Shown here: positions 1 through 7,407 of the stretch, one piece after another
Layout of the letters: every line of letters begins with the position of its first letter
How positions within the stretch are numbered: the first letter of the stretch is position 1
Assembly: GCF_045037415.1 (NCBI RefSeq)
Contig: NZ_CP173438.1
Origin: Escherichia coli
Lineage (GTDB): Bacteria > Pseudomonadota > Gammaproteobacteria > Enterobacterales > Enterobacteriaceae
Reading direction: 5' to 3' (one strand)
Length of the DNA: 64,000 nucleotides
Translations under genes and position numbers: made by a program
Notes under the pieces: model-generated
The model's input: the letters and a program-made list of their open reading frames with translations, nothing else
What the model was told of the DNA's origin: nothing
Database searches by the model: none

Positions 1-72
1 GAAGGCAAAGCGCGGTTAACGACTGACCCCGTCAGCGGGCGGCGTGCGCGGTGTTCCGGTTTGACTCCGTGA
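1..72 (+). CDS. 3' fragment of an upstream phage gene (by position possibly terminase small subunit gpM)
   Basis: Open frame from window edge to TGA at 70-72, immediately upstream of gpL; too short to identify. Confidence 0.25.
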   Translation, partial: EGKARLTTDPVSGRRARCSGLTP

Positions 73-111
73 CCGTTTACACCGCGCACCCACCGCCCGA
101 TTTTTTCAGGA

Positions 112-615
112 GTGAACCCCATGAGTATGGTTGCCAGAACTAACCCCGGCCCCGCAGAGGACGACATCACCGACACCGATGATGGCGATACCCGTATTTC
201 AGCGGGTGCATTCTGGCCGGATATTGTGCTGCGCGAGCTGCGTCTGGCGGTACGACTGCCGGGCCGCGTGACCACCTCCCGCCTGCTGCATACCGCCACC
301 GGGGCCATAGCACACGTTACCCGCGAGCTGGAAGCATGGCAGCAGGAACAACAGGCGGCTGGCTATCAGACGCTGGCCGATGTTCCGGCCCCTGTAATTA
401 ACGGAGAAAGCGTCAATCTCTGGCACTGGCGCAATGCTGTTTATACCGCCACACGCGCCCTGATTCTGGAGCGTTACCGCGATGCGGACACAACGGACAA
501 GGGCGACCGCCGGGCGGACGCACTGGATATACAGACATCGGATTTGTGGCGCGATGTGAGCTGGGCCATCTCTGACATTCTGGGACGACCGCGAATGTTT
601 GCGGAGCTGTGCTGA
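112..615 (+). CDS. phage capsid completion / head stabilisation protein (P2 gpL-like)
   Basis: 167 aa ORF; size and position immediately before gpX and lysis genes match P2 L; sequence resembles gpL family from memory. Confidence 0.7.
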   Translation: MNPMSMVARTNPGPAEDDITDTDDGDTRISAGAFWPDIVLRELRLAVRLPGRVTTSRLLHTATGAIAHVTRELEAWQQEQQAAGYQTLADVPAPVINGESVNLWHWRNAVYTATRALILERYRDADTTDKGDRRADALDIQTSDLWRDVSWAISDILGRPRMFAELC

Positions 616-815
616 TGAAAGTGAAGGCACTGGAAGGCGACACCGTGGATTCGCTCTGTTTCCGGTACTACGGCACGACACAGGGCGTCACCGAAAAGGT
701 GCTGGATGCCAACCCCGGACTCTGTCAGCAGGTATTTCTGGACGCCGGGCAGGAAGTGGAGATGCCGGAGCCGGAGAAGAAGAAACGAGAAATGATTCAG
801 TTGTGGGGGGAGTAG
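609..815 (+). CDS. phage tail protein X (P2 gpX-like, LysM-like)
   Basis: 68 aa ORF overlapping end of L; conserved position and size of P2 X. Confidence 0.65.
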   Translation: MLMKVKALEGDTVDSLCFRYYGTTQGVTEKVLDANPGLCQQVFLDAGQEVEMPEPEKKKREMIQLWGE

Positions 816-817
816 CA

Positions 818-1141
818 GTGAGCACCATTCAAACAGGGATCACAGAGCAGGTTATTGCGTGGCTCTTTGACCACCTGCCAACGGTGTATGCAGTAGGCGC
901 GGCGGTCAGCATTTCCGCGCTGATGAGTCTTTATGACGGACGAACACTGGTTCAGACCGTAACGGGATCGCTGGCGTGCGGCGTTCTTGCCATGGCCGTG
1001 GCCGGGTCGCTGCGCTTCTTCGGGATCCCTGAGGATGCAGTGACGTTTTTTGGTGCCTCAATCGGTTTTATGGGCGCAGAGAAAGCACGCGACAAGGTTA
1101 TTGCAATATTTGATCGCAGGGTGAAGGAGAGGAACGAATGA
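818..1141 (+). CDS. putative holin
   Basis: GTG start right after X stop; ~107 aa with 2-3 hydrophobic segments (VYAVGAAVSISALMSLY, LACGVLAMAVAGSL, FFGASIGFM) and charged C-terminus; precedes endolysin. Confidence 0.5.
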   Translation: MSTIQTGITEQVIAWLFDHLPTVYAVGAAVSISALMSLYDGRTLVQTVTGSLACGVLAMAVAGSLRFFGIPEDAVTFFGASIGFMGAEKARDKVIAIFDRRVKERNE

Positions 1142-1530
1142 GCAACACATTTAAATTCAGCAGCCGGAGCGAAAAGAATTTGCAGGGTGTAAATCCTGAT
1201 CTGGTGAAAGTGACCCGACGGGCGCTGGAAATCTCGGAAGTGGATTTTGGTATCACCGAAGGATTGCGCAGTCGTTATCGTCAGAAGCAGCTCGTGACCA
1301 CAGGCAAGAGCCAGACCATGAACAGTCGCCATCTCACAGGGCATGCCGTGGATGTTGTGGCTTATGTCGGCAACCAGGTGTCATGGGAATGGCCGCTGTA
1401 CGAAAAAATCGCAGCAGCATTCAGACAGGCCAGCCAGGAACTGAATATTCCGGTGGAATGGGGCGGCGACTGGAAGACCCTGAAAGACGGACCGCATTTT
1501 CAGTTACCACACGGAGCCTATCCGGCATGA
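1138..1530 (+). CDS. endolysin, peptidase M15-type (L-alanyl-D-glutamate endopeptidase-like)
   Basis: 130 aa; N-terminal pattern (..VNPDLVKVTRRALEIS..DFGITEGLRS..) and H..D..H spacing typical of small phage M15 endolysins; ATGA overlap with holin and Rz. Confidence 0.7.
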   Translation: MSNTFKFSSRSEKNLQGVNPDLVKVTRRALEISEVDFGITEGLRSRYRQKQLVTTGKSQTMNSRHLTGHAVDVVAYVGNQVSWEWPLYEKIAAAFRQASQELNIPVEWGGDWKTLKDGPHFQLPHGAYPA

Positions 1531-1922
1531 AGCTCTGGCCCACGCTTGGCGTCGCTTTCCTTCTGATTACATCCATGCGTCTGTCGTGGTCGCTGGGCCG
1601 GGAGAACGCCAGAAACGAAGCGCAGGCCAGCACCCTGAAAAGTACCGTCGACACACTGAATATCATCAGCGCCGGGGTACAGGATATGCAGCAGGTGCTG
1701 GCTCAGCTCCGCGCGGAAAATCAGCAACGCAATCAGGACGGAGAGGTAAGACGTGAACAGCTACGCAACGATATTGCAAAAGATGAATGCGCCCACGCTT
1801 TGCCTGACGCTCGTTTTACTGACAGGTTGCGCAGGCACGCAGAACGCGCCAGGGCCAGCGCCGTCAGTCCGGCTTATACCGCAGACGCTGACCATGCCGG
1901 TAACGCCTCCCCCCTTCCCTGA
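1527..1922 (+). CDS. i-spanin (Rz / P2 LysB-like)
   Basis: 131 aa, N-terminal TM (LWPTLGVAFLLITSM) followed by coiled-coil-like charged region; overlaps endolysin stop. Confidence 0.6.
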   Translation: MKLWPTLGVAFLLITSMRLSWSLGRENARNEAQASTLKSTVDTLNIISAGVQDMQQVLAQLRAENQQRNQDGEVRREQLRNDIAKDECAHALPDARFTDRLRRHAERARASAVSPAYTADADHAGNASPLP

Positions 1923-2064
1923 CCCACCCACATGGGGAAACCTCGGAATATGGGGCGACCGCCTTCTGGATGCACTGGAAACCTGTAACGCGGATAAACG
2001 GGCCATTGCTGAACTGGATAAGAGAATAGCCGAACTGACACACCAGACGGGAGTAACACAATGA
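1753..2064 (+). CDS. o-spanin lipoprotein (Rz1 / P2 LysC-like), overlapping Rz in another frame
   Basis: Lipobox LLTGC after signal-like segment, proline-rich stretch (PVTPPPFPDPP); start may be ATG 1753 or 1783. Confidence 0.55.
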   Translation: MNSYATILQKMNAPTLCLTLVLLTGCAGTQNAPGPAPSVRLIPQTLTMPVTPPPFPDPPTWGNLGIWGDRLLDALETCNADKRAIAELDKRIAELTHQTGVTQ

Positions 2065-3938
2065 CCAGTAAGAACTTTGCACTGATTACAGCCATGACAC
2101 AGGCTGAACTGACTCAAAAGGTGAATGAACATCTTGCGAAAGGGTGGCATCTTCAGGGGGAGACGCGGGTTGCCTACGAACCCGGCACCCCGTGGTATCT
2201 AATGCAGGCAATGGTGGCCGATGGCACTACAGACATCTCACCTGATTCCCCCCAGCACGGCAGCGTGCCGGAGTGGTATTACGTGGTGGTACTTGCTGGT
2301 CAATCCAATGCCATGTCATATGGTGAGGGAATGCCGCTGCCGGATTCTTACGATGCGCCCCACCCACGCATTAAGCAACTGGCCCGTCGCAACACAGTGA
2401 CTCCCGGTGGTAAAGCATGCGCATTTAACGACATCATTCCGGCAGACCACTGCCTGCATGATGTTCAGGATATGAGCGCACTGAATCACCCGAATGCAGA
2501 CCTGAGCAAAGGGCAGTATGGCTGTGTCGGACAGGGCTTGCATATTGCCAAACGCCTGTTGCCTTACATTCCACAGAATGCCGGGATTTTACTGGTTCCA
2601 TGCTGTCGTGGTGGTTCGGCATTCACCCAGGGCGCGGAGGGGACATTCAGCGAGTCCACAGGAGCCAGTCAGGATTCGGCTCGCTGGGGTGTGGGTAAAC
2701 CTTTATATCAGGACCTGATTTTGCGCACGAAGGCCGCATTGCAGAAAAACCCAAAAAACATGCTGCTGGCCGTATGCTGGATGCAGGGCGAATTTGACAT
2801 GAGCGCCGCTACGTACTCACAGCAACCTCCGCTGTTTACGGCCATGCTGAAACAGTTTCGTGCGGACATTACCGAGTTTAACACGCAGTGTCATGGAGGC
2901 AGAGCGGCAAGTGTGCCATGGATTTGTGGTGACACGACGTATTACTGGAAAAACACCTACGGCACGCAGTACGACACCATTTACGGGGCGTACAAAAACA
3001 GGGAGAGCGACAACGTTTTCTTTGTGCCGTTCCTGACCGATGGTAGTGGCAACAATACCTCCACCAACGCACCAACGGAAGATCCGGATGCTGCAAGTGA
3101 GGGATATTACGGTTCGGCATCCCGAACGAACAAAAACTGGGTATCATCAAATCGCCAGACGCATTTCAGCTCATGGGCGCGTCGTGGCATTATTCCCGAT
3201 CGTATGGCAACCGCTATTCTGAACGTAGCCGGTCGCACCTTAGCCTTCATCAGTGGTAAGGCACCGGAAATCAAACCCTCGCCCGGCGGCGACACGCCAT
3301 CGGGGCCGTCTGAAGATGCATCCGTACGCACAATCTCCCTGTTGCCGACAGCCGGAGATGCTGCTGCGCAGGGCTGGAGCATTAAGAATGGCGGAATTCA
3401 GTTGTCAGAGGGTGTATTTAAGATCACCAAGCAGAGCAATAAAGCCTGGTCCCTGACGCGCCCGGTGGATGACGCAGTCTCCCTGCTGACACGGGGTGGC
3501 AGACTGAGCTGTAAGTTTCGACTGTCAGGCGCACTGACCAACAATCAGTTCGGTCTGGGAATTTATCTGTATACCGATGTAGCGTTACCTGACGTCGTGG
3601 CGATGACCGGGACTGGTAACCCGTTCCTGATGTCGTTCTTCACCCAGACCACAGACGGCAAACTGAATCTGATGCATCACAAGAAAGCAGGAAACACAAA
3701 GTTGGGCGAGTTCGGGAATTACAGTAACGACTGGCAGACGCTGGAGCTGGTGTTCACCGCCGGCAGTGCCACGGTTACTCCGAAACTGAATGGAGTGGCT
3801 GGCCCGGCATTCCAGGTCATAAAAGACAGTCTGACACTGGGGCTGAATGCGCTGACGTTAACTGATATCACTAAAAATGCCGCGTACGGCGTCGATATCG
3901 GCAGCCTGGTGCTGGAAATCAATAATCCCGCAGCATAA
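2061..3938 (+). CDS. prophage cargo protein: DUF1737-like N-terminal domain + SGNH/DUF303-type esterase (NanS-p-like putative sialate O-acetylesterase) + C-terminal beta-rich domain
   Basis: 625 aa; N-terminus ...ITAMTQAELTQKVNEHLAKGWHLQGE... resembles DUF1737; motif VVLAGQSNAMSYGEG resembles the GQSN block of SGNH/DUF303 esterases; located between lysis cassette and tail gene R, where P2 has no gene. Confidence 0.55.
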   Translation: MTSKNFALITAMTQAELTQKVNEHLAKGWHLQGETRVAYEPGTPWYLMQAMVADGTTDISPDSPQHGSVPEWYYVVVLAGQSNAMSYGEGMPLPDSYDAPHPRIKQLARRNTVTPGGKACAFNDIIPADHCLHDVQDMSALNHPNADLSKGQYGCVGQGLHIAKRLLPYIPQNAGILLVPCCRGGSAFTQGAEGTFSESTGASQDSARWGVGKPLYQDLILRTKAALQKNPKNMLLAVCWMQGEFDMSAATYSQQPPLFTAMLKQFRADITEFNTQCHGGRAASVPWICGDTTYYWKNTYGTQYDTIYGAYKNRESDNVFFVPFLTDGSGNNTSTNAPTEDPDAASEGYYGSASRTNKNWVSSNRQTHFSSWARRGIIPDRMATAILNVAGRTLAFISGKAPEIKPSPGGDTPSGPSEDASVRTISLLPTAGDAAAQGWSIKNGGIQLSEGVFKITKQSNKAWSLTRPVDDAVSLLTRGGRLSCKFRLSGALTNNQFGLGIYLYTDVALPDVVAMTGTGNPFLMSFFTQTTDGKLNLMHHKKAGNTKLGEFGNYSNDWQTLELVFTAGSATVTPKLNGVAGPAFQVIKDSLTLGLNALTLTDITKNAAYGVDIGSLVLEINNPAA

Positions 3939-3961
3939 GGAAGAGCAGGAGAGCAAAACAG

Positions 3962-4429
3962 ATGCTTAAGACAAACAGTCTGCGAGAGTCCATGCTTCAT
4001 GGGTGTCGGTGGTGCCAGGCTAATCCCGAGAAATTCACCATTTTCGTGGAGAGCGGCAACATTGAAACGACCGGAGAAGCGCCCTCGTTTGTTTACCGCT
4101 ATCAGATGGTGATGTTTGTCATGGATTACGCCGGAGAGCTGGACGACCTCACGCTGCCGCTGCTGGCGTGGTTATCCGAAAATCAGCCACAGTTGTTGCT
4201 CAATCCGGAGCGTAATCAGGACATCAAATTTTCTGCCGTTATCAATGACGATGACAGCGCCGATCTCCTGTTTACGCTCCCCCTGCGGGAACGCGTTCGC
4301 ATCACGCGCAACAGTCAGGGCACACCGCAGGCAGAACACCTGCCGGAGCCAAAACCCCGTCTGCCTTCTTCCGAAGGCGACTGGTCGCATGTATTCCAGG
4401 ATGTGACGTGGGGTGAAAGCGATGGATAA
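3962..4429 (+). CDS. phage tail completion protein (P2 gpR-like)
   Basis: 155 aa, position and size match P2 R. Confidence 0.7.
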   Translation: MLKTNSLRESMLHGCRWCQANPEKFTIFVESGNIETTGEAPSFVYRYQMVMFVMDYAGELDDLTLPLLAWLSENQPQLLLNPERNQDIKFSAVINDDDSADLLFTLPLRERVRITRNSQGTPQAEHLPEPKPRLPSSEGDWSHVFQDVTWGESDG

Positions 4430-5057
4430 GGCATTCACCCGCGTGGATGAAACCTTTGAGGCTATCCGCGACAGCCTGAATCAGCAGGCCATCAATAACA
4501 TCGCCAGAAAGCTGGCACAGGATTTACGTCGCGCCCAGCAGGCACGTATCCGGTCACAAAAAGCGCCGGACGGGACCGAATGGACACCACGCAGACGCCG
4601 CGTAACCCGGATACAGGAGCGCATTCGCTTTATCTGGAATAACGAAGCACGCACGCTGAAAAACTGGCATCACGACACAGGGAAATACGGGCGAACCATT
4701 ACCGGGTGGGATGAGGATAAAAACAATATCCGCACGTTTTACCGGGATGACATCGACCGTTTTCTGGAAATACGCACCCGGCGCATCAACCAGGACAGCA
4801 CAAAGCGCGTCCCCATGTTCGTAAAACTGCGCACCGCCCGCTACCTGAAAGCCCGTGCAGATGCCTCCGGTGTGACGGTGGGTTACAGCGGCGTGGCCGC
4901 ACGTATTGCACGCGTTCATCAGTTCGGTGAGCGCGATCAGGTTGCGCCGGGCATTTTCACCGATTACCCGGTACGTGAGCTGTTGGGTATCAGCCAGGCA
5001 GATGAGCGCCTGATTTATAACACGGTGCTGGGCCGGATTGCGGAGGCTGTACGGTGA
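4413..5057 (+). CDS. phage tail completion / virion morphogenesis protein (P2 gpS-like)
   Basis: 214 aa, overlaps R end, precedes V. Confidence 0.7.
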   Translation: MKAMDKAFTRVDETFEAIRDSLNQQAINNIARKLAQDLRRAQQARIRSQKAPDGTEWTPRRRRVTRIQERIRFIWNNEARTLKNWHHDTGKYGRTITGWDEDKNNIRTFYRDDIDRFLEIRTRRINQDSTKRVPMFVKLRTARYLKARADASGVTVGYSGVAARIARVHQFGERDQVAPGIFTDYPVRELLGISQADERLIYNTVLGRIAEAVR

Positions 5058-5635
5058 GCGCAGAACTCATGCGACTGCTGAGCAACATCATCCGCACCGG
5101 GATCATCTCTGAAGTTGATGAGAAGTCCTGGCGCGTGCGCGTTCGCAGCGGCGAACTGGAAACAGGCTGGTTGCGCTGGAACACCACGCGCGCGGGAGCC
5201 TTCAATGTGTGGCTGCCGCCATCACCAGGCGAACAGGTGGTAATTGCCTGCATTGGCGGCAACCCGGAAACCGCCATGATAATTGGCAGCCTGTGGAGTG
5301 ATGCCAGTCCGGCCCCCGGCAAAAGCCTGAAAGAAATCGTGGTCAGCGCGCCGGATGGCGCGGTGTTCCGCTACGACGCAGACGCTGGCGCACTGAGCGC
5401 CAGCGGCATGAAAACAGCCACCCTGCAGGCATCCGTCAGCGTGACACTGGATACGCCCGTCGTGGAATGCACAAACCTTCTGAGAACGGCGACGCTTGAC
5501 GTCACAAAAGAGGGAAAGATGAGCGGCAATATCACGCACAGCGGCGGCAATTTCACCTCAAACGGCATTACCGTGCATACGCATAAGCACGGTGGCGTTA
5601 AAGGTGGCAGCGATTCGACAGGAGGCCCGCAGTGA
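5054..5635 (+). CDS. baseplate assembly protein V (spike; P2 gpV-like)
   Basis: 193 aa, GTG start; gpV-like N-terminal OB region. Confidence 0.8.
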   Translation: MSAELMRLLSNIIRTGIISEVDEKSWRVRVRSGELETGWLRWNTTRAGAFNVWLPPSPGEQVVIACIGGNPETAMIIGSLWSDASPAPGKSLKEIVVSAPDGAVFRYDADAGALSASGMKTATLQASVSVTLDTPVVECTNLLRTATLDVTKEGKMSGNITHSGGNFTSNGITVHTHKHGGVKGGSDSTGGPQ

Positions 5636-5982
5636 CAACCCGCTACACAGGAATGAACCCGGACGGGACGGGAAACCTGAACGATATGGAGCACCTGAAA
5701 CAGTCAGTCAGGGACATCCTGATCACCCCGCTGGCAAGCCGGGTTATGCGACGGGAATATGGCAGCCTTGTGCCTGATTTGATTGACGAACCCATGAATA
5801 ACACCACGCGTCTGCAATGCATGAGTGCTGCCGTGATTGCGCTGACACGATGGGAACCCCGCATTGCCCTGGACGCCATCGACGTTGTCTGGAAGGCAGG
5901 AGGCCGCGCCGGGGTGACGCTGTCGGGCACTGTCATGCAGACCATGCAGAATGTTGAATTAACCATCACGCTGAGAGAGTAA
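5632..5982 (+). CDS. baseplate protein W (gp25-like; P2 gpW)
   Basis: 116 aa, GTG start overlapping V stop; matches gpW/GPW_gp25 family features. Confidence 0.8.
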   Translation: MTTRYTGMNPDGTGNLNDMEHLKQSVRDILITPLASRVMRREYGSLVPDLIDEPMNNTTRLQCMSAAVIALTRWEPRIALDAIDVVWKAGGRAGVTLSGTVMQTMQNVELTITLRE

Positions 5983-5985
5983 ATC

Positions 5986-6882
5986 ATGCCTGCTGTTGAT
6001 CTTTCCCAGTTACCGGAACCCGCCATCATCGCGGAGCCTGATTTTGAGGCAATTCTGGCTGACACAAAGGCCATGATGATTGCGTCCTATCCTGCCGAAC
6101 AGCGTGAAGCCGTCTCCGCCGCGCTGGAGCTGGAATCAGAACCCCTGAACGTTATCGCTCAAACCATGTCGTTTCGTGAAATGCTGTTACGCCAGCGGGT
6201 TAACGAGGGCGCACGCGCCTGCATGTTAAGCCACGGTTCAGGGACAAACCTGGACAACCTCGCGGGCAATATGAACACAAAGCGCCTGGTTATCACTCCG
6301 GCAACGGATACCACCGACGCGGTGATGGAGAGCGACACCTCGCTGAGACTGCGGGCGCAGCGGGCGTATGACGGCCTGAGTGTTGCTGGCCCGTCAGGTG
6401 CATACGAGTATTTTGCACGCAGCGCCAGCGGTCTGGTGCGTGATGCGCGGGCCATCAGCCCGTCTCCGGCCTGTGTGACGGTTTCCATTCTGTCCACTGA
6501 AGGCGACGGCACAGCAACGGAGGCGTTGCTTAATACCGTTCGCGCCGTTCTGAATGCAGAGGATACCCGCCCGGTGGCCGACCGACTGACCGTACAGAGC
6601 GCCAGCATCGTGACATGGCGGCTGAATGCAAAACTGTACTTTTACCCCGGCCCGGAATCCGAACCTATTCTGGCTGCGGCTGAATCGTCGTTCAGGAAGT
6701 GGCTGGCTGAGCAGGGGCTTATTGGTCAGGACGTGGCGTTGTCAGCCATTGCTGCCGCACTTCATGTGCACGGCGTGCAACGCGTGGAGATAATCGAACC
6801 CACACAGAATATGGCCATCAGCGACATACAGGCGGCGCGCTGTGAGTCATTCACCATCAGCGAAGGTGGGCGTAATGAGTAA
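5986..6882 (+). CDS. baseplate protein J (P2 gpJ-like)
   Basis: 298 aa, conserved baseplate J position and size. Confidence 0.85.
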   Translation: MPAVDLSQLPEPAIIAEPDFEAILADTKAMMIASYPAEQREAVSAALELESEPLNVIAQTMSFREMLLRQRVNEGARACMLSHGSGTNLDNLAGNMNTKRLVITPATDTTDAVMESDTSLRLRAQRAYDGLSVAGPSGAYEYFARSASGLVRDARAISPSPACVTVSILSTEGDGTATEALLNTVRAVLNAEDTRPVADRLTVQSASIVTWRLNAKLYFYPGPESEPILAAAESSFRKWLAEQGLIGQDVALSAIAAALHVHGVQRVEIIEPTQNMAISDIQAARCESFTISEGGRNE

Positions 6883-7405
6883 TTCACTGTTACCGCCATC
6901 AGCCAGCAATTTCATGCGTTGCGCCGAAGCTGTCGGAGCGCGCATTACAGACATCCCGGTAGACCTCAACACGCTGTGGTCACCGGACACCTGCCCGGTG
7001 CATCTGCTGCCTTATCTCGCCTGGGCATTTTCCGTTGACCGCTGGGATCGCAACTGGCCGGAAGAGACAAAGCGACAGGTGATTCGTGATGCATGGCTGA
7101 TACACCGACACAAAGGGACCATCAGCGCACTGCGCCGGGCCATTGAGCCGCTGGGATACCTCATTCGCGTGTCTGAGTGGTGGGAGTTCGGCGGAGAACC
7201 GGGAACATTTACCGTTGAAGTCGGCACGCTGGACAGTGGCGTGACGGAGGAAATGTATCTGGAAATGGAGCGGTTGATTGCTGATGCCCGCCCGGTCAGC
7301 CGCCACATGACAGGGCTGAATATCATTCAGGAGATTCAGGGAGATATTTTCGCGGCGGCAGCAACTTACGACGGCGAAGTCATTACCATTTATCCGGACG
7401 ATTAA
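6875..7405 (+). CDS. tail protein I (P2 gpI-like)
   Basis: Start ATG at 6875 with RBS GAAGGTGG overlapping J stop; 176 aa. Confidence 0.8.
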   Translation: MSNSLLPPSASNFMRCAEAVGARITDIPVDLNTLWSPDTCPVHLLPYLAWAFSVDRWDRNWPEETKRQVIRDAWLIHRHKGTISALRRAIEPLGYLIRVSEWWEFGGEPGTFTVEVGTLDSGVTEEMYLEMERLIADARPVSRHMTGLNIIQEIQGDIFAAAATYDGEVITIYPDD

Positions 7406-7407
7406 GC

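Noticed and set aside
599-1141. 180-aa ORF spanning the end of L, all of X and the holin
   Set aside because: The N-terminal part is an out-of-frame overlap with gpL and gpX; the holin more plausibly starts at GTG 818 right after the X stop.
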